From a virus (Duplodnaviria; Caudoviricetes): a stretch of 57,730 bases of DNA. How positions within the stretch are numbered: position 1 is the stretch's first letter; each line of letters starts with the position of its first letter. The stretch covers positions 1 through 57,730 of the IMG/VR virus record IMGVR_UViG_3300047457_000359, one strand, 5' to 3'. Position numbers and translations under genes: made by a program. Positions 18,162-27,220 of the stretch are shown here, piece after piece. Under the pieces are notes generated by a model. That model searched no databases, was not told where the DNA came from, and was given only the letters and a program-made list of their open reading frames with translations.

Positions 18162-18872
18162 ATGGCTGAAATAACGATCAAGAAGGGCGACCGTTTGCCG
18201 TTGCTGGCTCGTCAGTTCCTGTTGGACGATACCGCAGTTGATCTGACTGGTTTCACGGTGGTGTTCAACTTGTGGAAAGCGTCGGACGGGACGCAAGTGA
18301 TCACCAATGGTGCTTGTACCCTTGTGAACGCTGGCGAAGGTCGTGTGGAGTACACCTGGACCTCGGCTGATGCGACCCTTGATGCAGGTTCGTATGTCGG
18401 GTCGTTTGCCGCAACTCAGGGGGGCAGGCGGTTGACCGCCCCGAACAACGGTTTGATAACGATCGGGATCCTGGAGTCAACCGAAGCCGTGTGGTCGTAC
18501 ACGGGTGATCCGCAAAGTCGTCAGATTGACCAGGTGAGGTTTCTTGCTGGAGACACAGACGCCGACAACCCAATGGCGAACGACGCAGAGATTGAGTTCT
18601 TGTTGGACAGGTGGAACGGCGACTACTACTACGCCGCCGCCGCAGTTGTTGAACATGCTGCCAACAGGGCTGGTGCAAAGGCCGATTATTCCAAGTCGGT
18701 CGGAGATCTGTCCATTTCCACGCAGTACGCAGCCCTTGCAACTGCTTTGCACACCAGGGCGCATGCGATCCGTGATCAAGCCCAGATGTATGAAGCGTCC
18801 CCGATCCCGACTGCTTCGGCTGATGCGCTGGGCGACTTCAAGTTCAAGATAGACATGGATAAGTGGGTATGA
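18162..18872 (+). CDS. BppU-N-like domain fused to a head-tail adaptor
   Basis: N-half IKKGD.LP.L...VDLTG.TV.F...G.VEY.W; C-half WSYTGDP...ID.VRFL.GDTD...D.EI.FLL. Confidence 0.65.
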   Translation: MAEITIKKGDRLPLLARQFLLDDTAVDLTGFTVVFNLWKASDGTQVITNGACTLVNAGEGRVEYTWTSADATLDAGSYVGSFAATQGGRRLTAPNNGLITIGILESTEAVWSYTGDPQSRQIDQVRFLAGDTDADNPMANDAEIEFLLDRWNGDYYYAAAAVVEHAANRAGAKADYSKSVGDLSISTQYAALATALHTRAHAIRDQAQMYEASPIPTASADALGDFKFKIDMDKWV

Positions 18873-19198
18873 CCATAGAGTCGGCGTTCCTCAGCATGAT
18901 GCCGTCTGTGGTGACGGTGTACAGCAAGTCCAGTCGTGACGCATACGGCAAGGCCAGTTTCAGTGCGTCTGGGACTGAAGTCCGTTGTCGTGTGCAGCAA
19001 GACCGCAATGTCACTTCGGGATCCGACAAGCGTGAGATCATGGAAACTGGGGTTGTGTACTGCTATGGCGTTGTCACCGTTTCGGTAGATGACAAAGTTG
19101 TCCTGCCAGATGGAACTGTCGCCAAGATCACCCAGGTGACGACGAGCAACGATGATGTTGGTGAACACCACACCGCTATCAGGTTTGGACCTGGTTGA
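18869..19198 (+). CDS. Head-closure (stopper) protein
   Basis: DAYGK...D.V.LPDG pattern, size and position. Confidence 0.65.
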   Translation: MTIESAFLSMMPSVVTVYSKSSRDAYGKASFSASGTEVRCRVQQDRNVTSGSDKREIMETGVVYCYGVVTVSVDDKVVLPDGTVAKITQVTTSNDDVGEHHTAIRFGPG

Positions 19199-19199
19199 C

Positions 19200-19595
19200 A
19201 TGGCGGGATCATTTGAGTTTGAGAACATGGAAAGACTCATCGGCCTGTTGGTCAGGGGCGGTAGGCAAGCCCCTACCCTGCTCGGACGGGCGTTGTACGA
19301 TGAAGCGAATGTAATGTTCAACGAGTCGCAGGATCAGGTGCCGATGGACACTGGTGTTCTGCGTTCTTCGGGGAATGTTCACGCCCCAGCGATCTCCCAC
19401 GGCGAAGTGCTTGTTGAGATCTCGTATGGTGGCGCAGCCGCTCCGTATGCTTTGCGTCAGCACGAGAACGAAGAGTACAAGCATGCTCCAGGGCGAAAGG
19501 CAAAGTACCTGTCCGACCCCGTAGAAGACGGTTTGCCAGATTTGGGCAGAAACATCACGGACCGCCTTGAAGCAATGGTGAGAGGGCTGATCTGA
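19200..19595 (+). CDS. Neck protein (HK97 gp10-like)
   Basis: VPMDTGVLRSS, PYA..QHE, KYL.DP. Confidence 0.75.
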   Translation: MAGSFEFENMERLIGLLVRGGRQAPTLLGRALYDEANVMFNESQDQVPMDTGVLRSSGNVHAPAISHGEVLVEISYGGAAAPYALRQHENEEYKHAPGRKAKYLSDPVEDGLPDLGRNITDRLEAMVRGLI

Positions 19596-19993
19596 TGGCT
19601 CTGTTGGATGTGTTGGGATCCTATTTGCAGACCCAGGGGATCGGAACGCTAGGCACAAGTTTGATGCTCGGTCGTTTGCCAGATGACCCCGATGTGTGTG
19701 TCGCCCTGTTTGAAAGTCAGGGACTGTCGCCTTCGCACACGATGGGTTCGGGTGTGTACGGCGTTGATCGCCCCAGGATCCGAGTCGTTGCCAGGGCTGC
19801 CCGAAATGATTACCCAGCCGCAAGGACCAAGGTGGAACAGGCCAGGGCGGCTCTTGGTGCAATGCGTGACACTACGCTGTCGGGGATCAAGATAATGACT
19901 GTTTTGTCCACTTCGGAGGTGTACCCAGTGAGGTTTGACCCCGACGATCGGCCCGTAATGGGATGTGACTTCACCGTATGGATAGCAGAATAA
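19595..19993 (+). CDS. Tail terminator protein
   Basis: PDDPD..V.LFE..G, P.IRVVAR, D..DRP...CDF. Confidence 0.7.
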   Translation: MALLDVLGSYLQTQGIGTLGTSLMLGRLPDDPDVCVALFESQGLSPSHTMGSGVYGVDRPRIRVVARAARNDYPAARTKVEQARAALGAMRDTTLSGIKIMTVLSTSEVYPVRFDPDDRPVMGCDFTVWIAE

Positions 19994-20199
19994 GCACCCG
20001 TCAGCAGTTGGTCCAGATGATGGAACTGTTGCGCAACCTGAGAGATCAGTTGGCCGATGTTGAAGACTCGTTGCGTGATGCAATCAACGGGATCCGAGTG
20101 TGTCACCACCCTGTTGAATACAGGGAGGAACTGGGCAAGTTTGGTGACTTTGCCACCTGGCAGTGCAGAATCTGCAACGAGGTGCGCAGTGGAAGATGA
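19978..20199 (+). CDS. Small hypothetical protein (coiled coil + C/H motif)
   Basis: C.H...C..C; start uncertain. Confidence 0.5.
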   Translation: MDSRISTRQQLVQMMELLRNLRDQLADVEDSLRDAINGIRVCHHPVEYREELGKFGDFATWQCRICNEVRSGR

Positions 20200-20338
20200 A
20201 AAGCCAGACCCATACGGCAGGGGATCCACAGCAGACGAGAAGCCAAGATGCTGGCGTTGCAATCGTTTGTTGGCTGAAATGTTGACTCGCCCCTGGAAGG
20301 TGACATGCACTCGGTGCAAGGCGGTGAACTCGCAGTAG
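20189..20338 (+). CDS. Com-like zinc-ribbon protein
   Basis: RCWRCNRLLAE...CTRCKAVN resembles the Mu Com family. Confidence 0.7.
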   Translation: MEDEKPDPYGRGSTADEKPRCWRCNRLLAEMLTRPWKVTCTRCKAVNSQ

Positions 20339-20393
20339 TGTGACCTACTTCACATAACCCCACTATTGACAACCGTCGGGATCCAGTTACGGT
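20339..20393 (+). promoter_or_regulatory. CRP-like box + promoter (copy 2)
   Basis: TGTGA-CCTACT-TCACA, TAACCCC, TTGACA-N16-TACGGT. Confidence 0.8.
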
Positions 20394-20435
20394 CGTCGTG
20401 TGACACAGCAAAGCAATCTCGGGAAAGGAGAAGCA

Positions 20436-21167
20436 ATGTCGCAAGTGGAAGAAAGGGTGGACTGGGACGCACGGTGGTACCAGTCGTTTCGGGAGAGGTA
20501 TCCCGAAGGTTGGGTAGTTGCCCAGCACGAGCAGAACATGTACCACGATTCGTACTTCTCGGAGACGCTGTTCCTCGCAGACAGCGGTGAGTTCGTGTCG
20601 GTGCAAACGGGGGCAACGGCGTATGGCGGACCCCACACTTCGGGGCTGCCGTTCCTGCGTTCAGCCCCCGAAGAGATCAAGACCAAGGCGGTTGTCGCAG
20701 CAGCGACCAGGGCACGGGATCTCCTGCTGGAACAACTGCCCAGTCAGGTCCAGGCGGTCATTGACCAGCGATCCAGTTTCGCCAACCTGCCGACCGTCGG
20801 AGCAGTCGTTGCAGTGAAGTGGAAGACCAAGGGCTACCCGAAGGGTTCGCAGGGTCAGGTGTTCTGGCAGGGTGTGGATAAGTTCGGTGACGGGGGTGCA
20901 AGGTTCGGGATCCAGATGGAAGACGGTGAGAAGATCTTCGTCAACTGGAAGTCGTTGGTGTTGGTGCAGCACTCGGTGGACTACATTCAGCCGCCGCAGT
21001 ACGAGGTGGACCAGAAGAAGATCCAGGCGTTCGCTCAGGGGATCTGGGATCGTCGCATCGCTGCGGGATACGAAGGCTCGTTCGGAGGACACGGATACGG
21101 GTGGCGGGGCTACTCGGCCAGGGGGTTTGCCGAACAGCAGTGGGAGTCTTTCGTTAGCGAGGTTTAG
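20436..21167 (+). CDS. Hypothetical protein inserted in the tail module
   Basis: Own promoter and GGAAAGGAG RBS; SH3-like PKG..G.VFW.G segment. Confidence 0.7.
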   Translation: MSQVEERVDWDARWYQSFRERYPEGWVVAQHEQNMYHDSYFSETLFLADSGEFVSVQTGATAYGGPHTSGLPFLRSAPEEIKTKAVVAAATRARDLLLEQLPSQVQAVIDQRSSFANLPTVGAVVAVKWKTKGYPKGSQGQVFWQGVDKFGDGGARFGIQMEDGEKIFVNWKSLVLVQHSVDYIQPPQYEVDQKKIQAFAQGIWDRRIAAGYEGSFGGHGYGWRGYSARGFAEQQWESFVSEV

Positions 21168-21294
21168 TCGGGTCGGCCTGGTATCCACACATGGGATCAC
21201 CTAGACTGTTACGACGAAAGTGCCGACTAACAAGTCGGTGCCGCTCTGCGAGCACAAAGGCTGGTACACCAGCCCTAGACCACGGAGGTATGAA

Positions 21295-21870
21295 GTGACA
21301 AGACTTCACGCAGTGCTAGTTGCAGCCGTTCTTACGGTTGCAGCAAGCGGTCAGGCGAACGCCGCAAAGTTCGCCAACCAGGTAGCGACCACCACAACCC
21401 AAGTTGGCGGTGTACGGGCAACCAAGCAGAAACCAGAAGCCCCTCGTCGGGGATCCCCAGCAGTCACGGTTCCGCCCTCGGTGGCGAAGAAGATCCCGAA
21501 GGACAAGAGGTTTCGGTGTCCCAAATGGGAGCCAATGATTCGCCAGGCGGGACTGCCCGTGCAGGCGTTCTCGTACATTGCTTGGCGAGAGTCTCGGTGC
21601 CAACCGAAAGCAATCGGCTGGAACTACAAGGCAGGCAAGTCGCACAGGGACTGCAGGTTGGCTCCAGCAGCAAAGTACAAGAAATGCAGGGCGGTCAAGT
21701 CTTATGATTCGGGACTGTTCCAGATCAACAGCACTTGGACCACCGTCACCGCACAAGCCTGCGGATCACAATGGGGAGACATGTCGGTGCTGCTATCCCC
21801 GACATGCAACATCAAGGTTGCTACGGTCCTTTACGACAACGGAAATGGTTTCAGCAACTGGAGTCTCTGA
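21295..21870 (+). CDS. Secreted lytic transglycosylase (SLT/lysozyme-like)
   Basis: Signal peptide, IAWRESRC, DSGLFQIN, N...A..LY. Confidence 0.8.
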   Translation: MTRLHAVLVAAVLTVAASGQANAAKFANQVATTTTQVGGVRATKQKPEAPRRGSPAVTVPPSVAKKIPKDKRFRCPKWEPMIRQAGLPVQAFSYIAWRESRCQPKAIGWNYKAGKSHRDCRLAPAAKYKKCRAVKSYDSGLFQINSTWTTVTAQACGSQWGDMSVLLSPTCNIKVATVLYDNGNGFSNWSL

Positions 21871-21883
21871 GGAAAGGAAAGAC

Positions 21884-22138
21884 ATGGAGAATCTGCATTT
21901 GAAGGAAAGGCGCAAGGCGGTCCAAGAGCGGGTGTTGATCCGCAAGTTGGAGCGAGGATGGAACCCGTACAGCAAGGGCCGCAAGGTGTTGATGGGGATC
22001 TCGGCAACGATGCTCATGTTGGTGTCGGGAACGGAAACGGTCGGTGGGTTTGTTATCGGTGCGATCTCGGCGTTGACCCTGGTTTCGTTGGTCCAGGGAA
22101 TGGCGGCAGTGGATCGTTTGGCGGAGAATGACGACTAA
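21884..22138 (+). CDS. Small membrane protein
   Basis: Two hydrophobic segments, strong RBS. Confidence 0.55.
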   Translation: MENLHLKERRKAVQERVLIRKLERGWNPYSKGRKVLMGISATMLMLVSGTETVGGFVIGAISALTLVSLVQGMAAVDRLAENDD

Positions 22139-22283
22139 ACGGTGGTTGTGGGTGTGCCCAAAGTGTGGCAACTCGGTGATGATGTTTGTCAAAGTCACGC
22201 AGCCTCCGACTTGCAGCGATCACAAAAGCAAGAAAGTCGTTGAAATGGTTGACACGCCAGTGATCCAACCGAAGAAAGCCTAG
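22128..22283 (+). CDS. Small zinc-ribbon protein
   Basis: WVCPKCGN...PPTCSDH, read by hand. Confidence 0.5.
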   Translation: MTTKRWLWVCPKCGNSVMMFVKVTQPPTCSDHKSKKVVEMVDTPVIQPKKA

Positions 22284-22485
22284 ATCGGGCTACCACCACC
22301 CAACTTAGTTGGCTTTGAAGCCCTAAGTCGCTCCTAGATGACGGTTTAGTCGCTCGCATGACCGTACTGTTGTATTGTGCGCCTTAGATCGTGCGCCAGT
22401 CGCCCTGCTGCCTTCCAACGGCGTACCCTGGTGGTCAGGAAGGACCGTAGGGATCACGCATGTCTCTAGGTCCGAGGAGCAGGTA

Positions 22486-22668
22486 GTGGCAAAGTTCAAG
22501 GCACTGGTAGGGATTGACTACCCGCCGAACAAGCGAGTTGAAGCAGGAGATGTCGTTGACGACCTGCCCGCAGACTCGGTGAAGTGGCTGAAAGATCAGG
22601 GCATGATTGAAGCCGTTGAAGATGCCAAAAAGAAGGCCGCTGCCCCAGTTGTGGAAGAGGCGGAGTAA
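22486..22668 (+). CDS. Small virion protein preceding the tail tube genes
   Basis: GAGGAG RBS; GIDYPP.KRVEAGDVVDDLP..S.KWL..QG.IE. Confidence 0.65.
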   Translation: MAKFKALVGIDYPPNKRVEAGDVVDDLPADSVKWLKDQGMIEAVEDAKKKAAAPVVEEAE

Positions 22669-23390
22669 TGGCGTTCAGACATGGCAAGAACACGAAAGTG
22701 TTGTACGGAGAGCACGACCTGTCGTCGTTCTTCAATGAAGCGTCGGCCAGCAGAACGGTTGAAACTGGGGAGACGACGACTTTCGGGAAGTCAGCAAAGA
22801 CATACATTGTCGGCTTGTCTGATGGAACTGCCAGTTTGAGCGGAATGTTTGATGGGGATCCCAACGCTTCGGATGAGGTGTTGGCGGGATCACTTGGTGT
22901 TGATGGTGGGTATCCCGTGACCGTTGCTGTTGCAAGTTTGGCTCTCGGTTCGCCCGTCCAGGTACTGTCCGCAAAGACCACTTCGTATGAGGTGTCCAGC
23001 CCCGTGTCGGATGTTGTTGCCGTGAGCGCAGAAGTTCAGGCTGACGGCGGTATTGATGCTGGGATCAGTCTCCACGATCTGACAGCAGAAACGGCAACTG
23101 GCAACGGTTCGTCGCACGACGGTGCTGCCTCCTCCGCAAACGGTGGCGTGGCTCAGGTTCATGTCACGGCGAACACTGTCGGCGGCAACACGACGATCAA
23201 GATCCAGCACTCAGCCAACAACTCCGTGTGGGTTGACCTCGTCACCTTTACCGTGGTGTCGTCGGGATCCACCACCGCCGAGCGGGTGGAAGTAGCGGCT
23301 GGGACGACAGTCAACCGATACCTGAGAGTCCAGCACACTCTGGCTGCAGCAGGTTCGGTGACCTACCAAGCAAGTTTCTCACGCAGATAG
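22668..23390 (+). CDS. Tail tube protein paralog 1 with extra C-terminal domain
   Basis: MAFRHGK...VETGETTTFGK.AKTYIVGL.D...EVSSPV.DVV. Confidence 0.75.
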   Translation: MAFRHGKNTKVLYGEHDLSSFFNEASASRTVETGETTTFGKSAKTYIVGLSDGTASLSGMFDGDPNASDEVLAGSLGVDGGYPVTVAVASLALGSPVQVLSAKTTSYEVSSPVSDVVAVSAEVQADGGIDAGISLHDLTAETATGNGSSHDGAASSANGGVAQVHVTANTVGGNTTIKIQHSANNSVWVDLVTFTVVSSGSTTAERVEVAAGTTVNRYLRVQHTLAAAGSVTYQASFSRR

Positions 23391-23405
23391 AAGGAGCAGA
23401 GAAAG

Positions 23406-23834
23406 ATGGCATTCAGACACGGAAAAGGCGCAGCCTTCAAGTTGGACAACTCGTCGGGATCCCTTGTGGATCTCTCGGCGTACATTGACGAAGTGGGTTT
23501 CCCGCAGTCGGTGGAGACGGGCGAGACGACAACCTTCGGCAAGACAGCAAAGACCTACATCGTTGGTCTGACTGACTCCACGCTGTCGGTGAACGGCAAG
23601 TGGGACAGCACCCTTGACGCCCATGTCGCAGCAGTGATCGCCGCTCAGTCGGCTGGGACCGTTGCATCGGTGTCGTTTGAGTACGGCCCCGAAGGAACTG
23701 CCTCGGGTCGGATCAAGTACTCGGGCGAGGCTTTGGTGACCTCGTTTGAGGTGAGCAGCCCCGTTGCAGATGTTGTAACCTTCTCGCTGGAACTGCAGGT
23801 GACTGATTCGGTCACCCGTGGAACCTGGGCGTAA
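23406..23834 (+). CDS. Tail tube protein paralog 2 (major tail protein)
   Basis: Same motifs as paralog 1; directly upstream of the chaperone. Confidence 0.8.
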   Translation: MAFRHGKGAAFKLDNSSGSLVDLSAYIDEVGFPQSVETGETTTFGKTAKTYIVGLTDSTLSVNGKWDSTLDAHVAAVIAAQSAGTVASVSFEYGPEGTASGRIKYSGEALVTSFEVSSPVADVVTFSLELQVTDSVTRGTWA

Positions 23835-23852
23835 GAAGAAGGAGTGACCGTA

Positions 23853-24221
23853 GTGTCCAGTTTGCGTGACAAGATCCTCAGTAGCCAAGACACGACTGCG
23901 CAGTTGGTGGAGATCCCCGAATGGGACTGCACCGTTGAAGTGCGGTCAATGACTGGCGCAGCCAGAGCACGGATCATGGCGTTGGCTATGACCGAAGGCG
24001 GAGAAGCAGACATTTCCAGGGTGTACCCCGAAGTGATCATTGGCTGTTCATTTGACCCCGAAACGGGCGAACCGCTGTTCACCTCGGAGGACAGGGAGAT
24101 GTTGATGAGCAAGAACGCCTCAGCCCTTGACCGTGTGGCGACCGTTGCTTCCGAGTTGTCGGGTTTCACCGAGAAGGCGGTTGACAAGGCGGGAAAAGAC
24201 TCCTTGAAGACGGAGAACTGA
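23853..24221 (+). CDS. Tail assembly chaperone (short form)
   Basis: Position between tail tube and tape measure; IPEW...VEVRSMTG..R. Confidence 0.8.
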   Translation: MSSLRDKILSSQDTTAQLVEIPEWDCTVEVRSMTGAARARIMALAMTEGGEADISRVYPEVIIGCSFDPETGEPLFTSEDREMLMSKNASALDRVATVASELSGFTEKAVDKAGKDSLKTEN

Positions 24222-24382
24222 GGTTCCAGTACGAACTTGCTGAGAAGTTGCGACGCACACGCCACGAACTGCTGTATGGCGGTCCAGGGCATGAGCCGAT
24301 CTCGTCTCAGGAGATGACCTACTGGCAGGCGTTGTGGAAGATCAGACACTGGGAGTTTGAGAGAGCGAGTAAAGGCAGGTGA
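24191..24382 (+). other. Programmed -1 frameshift site and extension of the tail assembly chaperone
   Basis: G GGA AAA at 24191-24197; the -1 frame reads RLLEDGELRFQYELAEKLRRT..ELL...ISSQEMTYWQA to TGA at 24380-24382. Confidence 0.85.
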
Positions 24383-24388
24383 TGAGTA

Positions 24389-27220
24389 GTGGCAAATGTG
24401 ATTGATGTTGTTGCTCGTCTTCGTGCTGATCACTCGGAGTACATGCGCAAGATGGGGGAAGCCACCAAGGCGACCCGTGAACTTGAAGGTTCCGCAAAGA
24501 GTGCAGGTGGCGGGATCCGTAATGGTCTGAAAGTTGCAACTGTCGGTTTCACCGCACTGGGTGGAGCAATGACCGCAGCCGCTGGAATGGTCGGCAAGAT
24601 GGGTCTGGGTGTCGCAATGGCGAACGAACAGGCGGCGATCGGCTTCAAGGTGATGTTGGGATCCGCAGAAAAAGCCGATGCCTTCTTGAAGGAACTGGCT
24701 GACTTCGCAGCAAAGACCCCGTTTGAGTTGCCAGACCTCCGCACCGCTGCTTCACGATTGATGTCAACGGGCGTTGCAGCCGAGCGAGTGATCCCGATTA
24801 TGACCGCACTGGGTGACGCCACGAGTGCCAAGGGTCTTGGTGCCGATGCGATCAACAGAGCCGTTTTCGCCTTGCAGCAGATGCAGACTGCAGGCAAAGC
24901 AACTGGTCAAGACATGATGCAGTTGACTCAGGCTGGTATTCCCGTGTGGGAGTCGTTGGCGTACTCAATGAACAAGACGATCCCTGAGATCAAGAAGATG
25001 GGCGAAGCAGGGCAGTTGTCGGTTGACCAGATCTTTACGGCGATAGAGAACTACGCAGGTCCAGGTCTGCAGCGAGCCAAGGGAATGATGGACGAACAGT
25101 CCAAGACCCTGGTCGGCATGATCTCCACGCTGAAAGACACGATCAGCCAGCAACTCGGTCAGTTCATGCAGCCCGTTGTCGGGGCGATCAAGAACCAGTT
25201 GCCAGCGTTCACCGATGCTATTGGCGGAGCACTGGCAGCGATCTCACCAGCAATCGGTGAGATGATGCAGGGTCTGATCCCTGCCGTATCGGGACTGTTG
25301 CCCGTATTGCAGCCGCTGATCATTGCTTTCGCTGGTTTGTTCACCAGTGTTGTGACCGCAGGTTTGCCGATCCTGAGCAGTTTCGCTGGAGTGTTGACCC
25401 AGATGGCTCCGACGCTGTCCGAACTTGGGCCGATGGTCGGAAACCTGATCTCGGCGTTCACCCCGTTTGTGACCGTTATCGCTGACTTGGCTCTCGTTGC
25501 TCTGCCCCCGTTGATTGCTTCGTTGTCGTTCCTGACAGGTCTGTTGGCTGACAACAAGGGGATCATGGAGGTGCTTGTTCCTGTTGTCGGTGGACTGGCG
25601 GCTGGTTTCGTTGCGTACAAGGTTGCAGTTATGGCGTCCAACGCAGTGACCAAGGCAAAGGGTTTCTTTGACATGGCAAAGGGTATGTACGGTGCTGTGA
25701 CTGCCCTGTTCGCACAGAAAGTCGCAACGGATGCGGCAACCGCATCGCAGGTTGGTTTGAACACCGCTATGACCCTGAACCCGATCGGGATCATTATTGC
25801 CCTGATCGTCGGTTTGATTGCTGCAGTTGTTCTGATGTGGAAGAAGTTTGAGTGGTTCCGACGGGCGATCAAGGGCGTGTGGAACTTCATTGTCACCGCC
25901 GTCCAGAAAGCGATCAATGTCATTCTTGGCTACTGGGAATGGTGGATCAACAAGTTCATTGATGGTGTGAACCTGATCATCAAGGGATGGAACAAGATCC
26001 CGTTCCACAAGGATGTCAAACCGTTGGAGAAAGTCAACCTGCAACTGGACATCATGGGAGCGACGATTGACAACAACGCAGCCAAGGCGGAGAAACTGGC
26101 TGGAAAGTTGGCTTCTGCTGCAGATTGGCGCAAGTTTGAAGGCTGGGGCGGTCCGAAGAAGACCACCACGACCCCGACGCTGACCCCTGGTGGTGCTGGA
26201 GGCGGCGGTGCTGGAGATCAGATCAAGAAAGCCGCAGATGCACTGAAGACTTTCGCTACCGACAAGTTGAAGACCGCACGGGATCTCCTGGATCAACTGA
26301 AGAAGAAAGCCGAGGCGTTTGCGCAGACAGTCAAGGATGCGATCATGGATGCGTACTCGTTCACGACGGCGTTGTCCAAGATGAAAGACAGCCAGGAGGC
26401 GTACAAGACCGCAGTAGACAATGTCGCTGCAGCCGAAAAGGCGGTGACGGACGCTCTGGCTAACCGTGACTCGGAAGGCTACGCCAAGGCAGTCAAGGAT
26501 TACGCAGACGCTGTTGCAATCATGAACAAGGCTTCGGGATCACAGATGACCTTCATGCAAGCCCTGGAGGGTCAAGCAAAGCAGGCGCAGGACTTCTCGG
26601 TGCTGTTGAACCGCCTCCGTACCGCTGGCTTGAACGAGTCTGGTATCTCGCAGATCCTTGCGGCTGGCGCAGAGACGGGATCACAGATCGCAACGGAACT
26701 GTTGAATGGTGGATCGGATGCGATCACCAAGGCGAATGGTTGGTACGACACCCTGGTGGCTACCAGCAACGACACGGCAAAGGCAATGAAGGACCAGTTC
26801 TATGCGACTGGTATCTCCACGGGCGAGCAGTTGGTCAAGGGGATCCAGGATGCAGTCAAGAATCTCAACCTGAAGTTGAAGTCCAAGGGACTGACGGAAA
26901 AGCAGATCGCCCAGTTGAAGAAGAACTTCGGTGTAGAGATCTCGTTTGAAATGGAGTCATTGGCGGGACTGGCGACTCCGATGGCAAAGGGGGGCATCGT
27001 CAAGGCGACAAGCGGCGGAACGCTTGCGTTGCTTGGTGAGGCTGGACGGAACGAGGCAGTTGTTCCGCTTCCGTCAAATGGCATCGGTGGAACTGTCAAC
27101 CAGTACAGCATTACGGTAGAGGCTGGTATCGGGGATCCGCAGGAGATCGGTAGGCAGTTGGTGCAGGTGTTGCAGGCGCACGAGAAGAGGACGGGAAGAC
27201 TCCCGATTAGGACGATCTAA
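24389..27220 (+). CDS. Tape measure protein
   Basis: 943 aa; F.VMLGSAEKA...L.DFAAKTPFE; NPIG.II..I..LIAA repeats. Confidence 0.92.
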   Translation: MANVIDVVARLRADHSEYMRKMGEATKATRELEGSAKSAGGGIRNGLKVATVGFTALGGAMTAAAGMVGKMGLGVAMANEQAAIGFKVMLGSAEKADAFLKELADFAAKTPFELPDLRTAASRLMSTGVAAERVIPIMTALGDATSAKGLGADAINRAVFALQQMQTAGKATGQDMMQLTQAGIPVWESLAYSMNKTIPEIKKMGEAGQLSVDQIFTAIENYAGPGLQRAKGMMDEQSKTLVGMISTLKDTISQQLGQFMQPVVGAIKNQLPAFTDAIGGALAAISPAIGEMMQGLIPAVSGLLPVLQPLIIAFAGLFTSVVTAGLPILSSFAGVLTQMAPTLSELGPMVGNLISAFTPFVTVIADLALVALPPLIASLSFLTGLLADNKGIMEVLVPVVGGLAAGFVAYKVAVMASNAVTKAKGFFDMAKGMYGAVTALFAQKVATDAATASQVGLNTAMTLNPIGIIIALIVGLIAAVVLMWKKFEWFRRAIKGVWNFIVTAVQKAINVILGYWEWWINKFIDGVNLIIKGWNKIPFHKDVKPLEKVNLQLDIMGATIDNNAAKAEKLAGKLASAADWRKFEGWGGPKKTTTTPTLTPGGAGGGGAGDQIKKAADALKTFATDKLKTARDLLDQLKKKAEAFAQTVKDAIMDAYSFTTALSKMKDSQEAYKTAVDNVAAAEKAVTDALANRDSEGYAKAVKDYADAVAIMNKASGSQMTFMQALEGQAKQAQDFSVLLNRLRTAGLNESGISQILAAGAETGSQIATELLNGGSDAITKANGWYDTLVATSNDTAKAMKDQFYATGISTGEQLVKGIQDAVKNLNLKLKSKGLTEKQIAQLKKNFGVEISFEMESLAGLATPMAKGGIVKATSGGTLALLGEAGRNEAVVPLPSNGIGGTVNQYSITVEAGIGDPQEIGRQLVQVLQAHEKRTGRLPIRTI

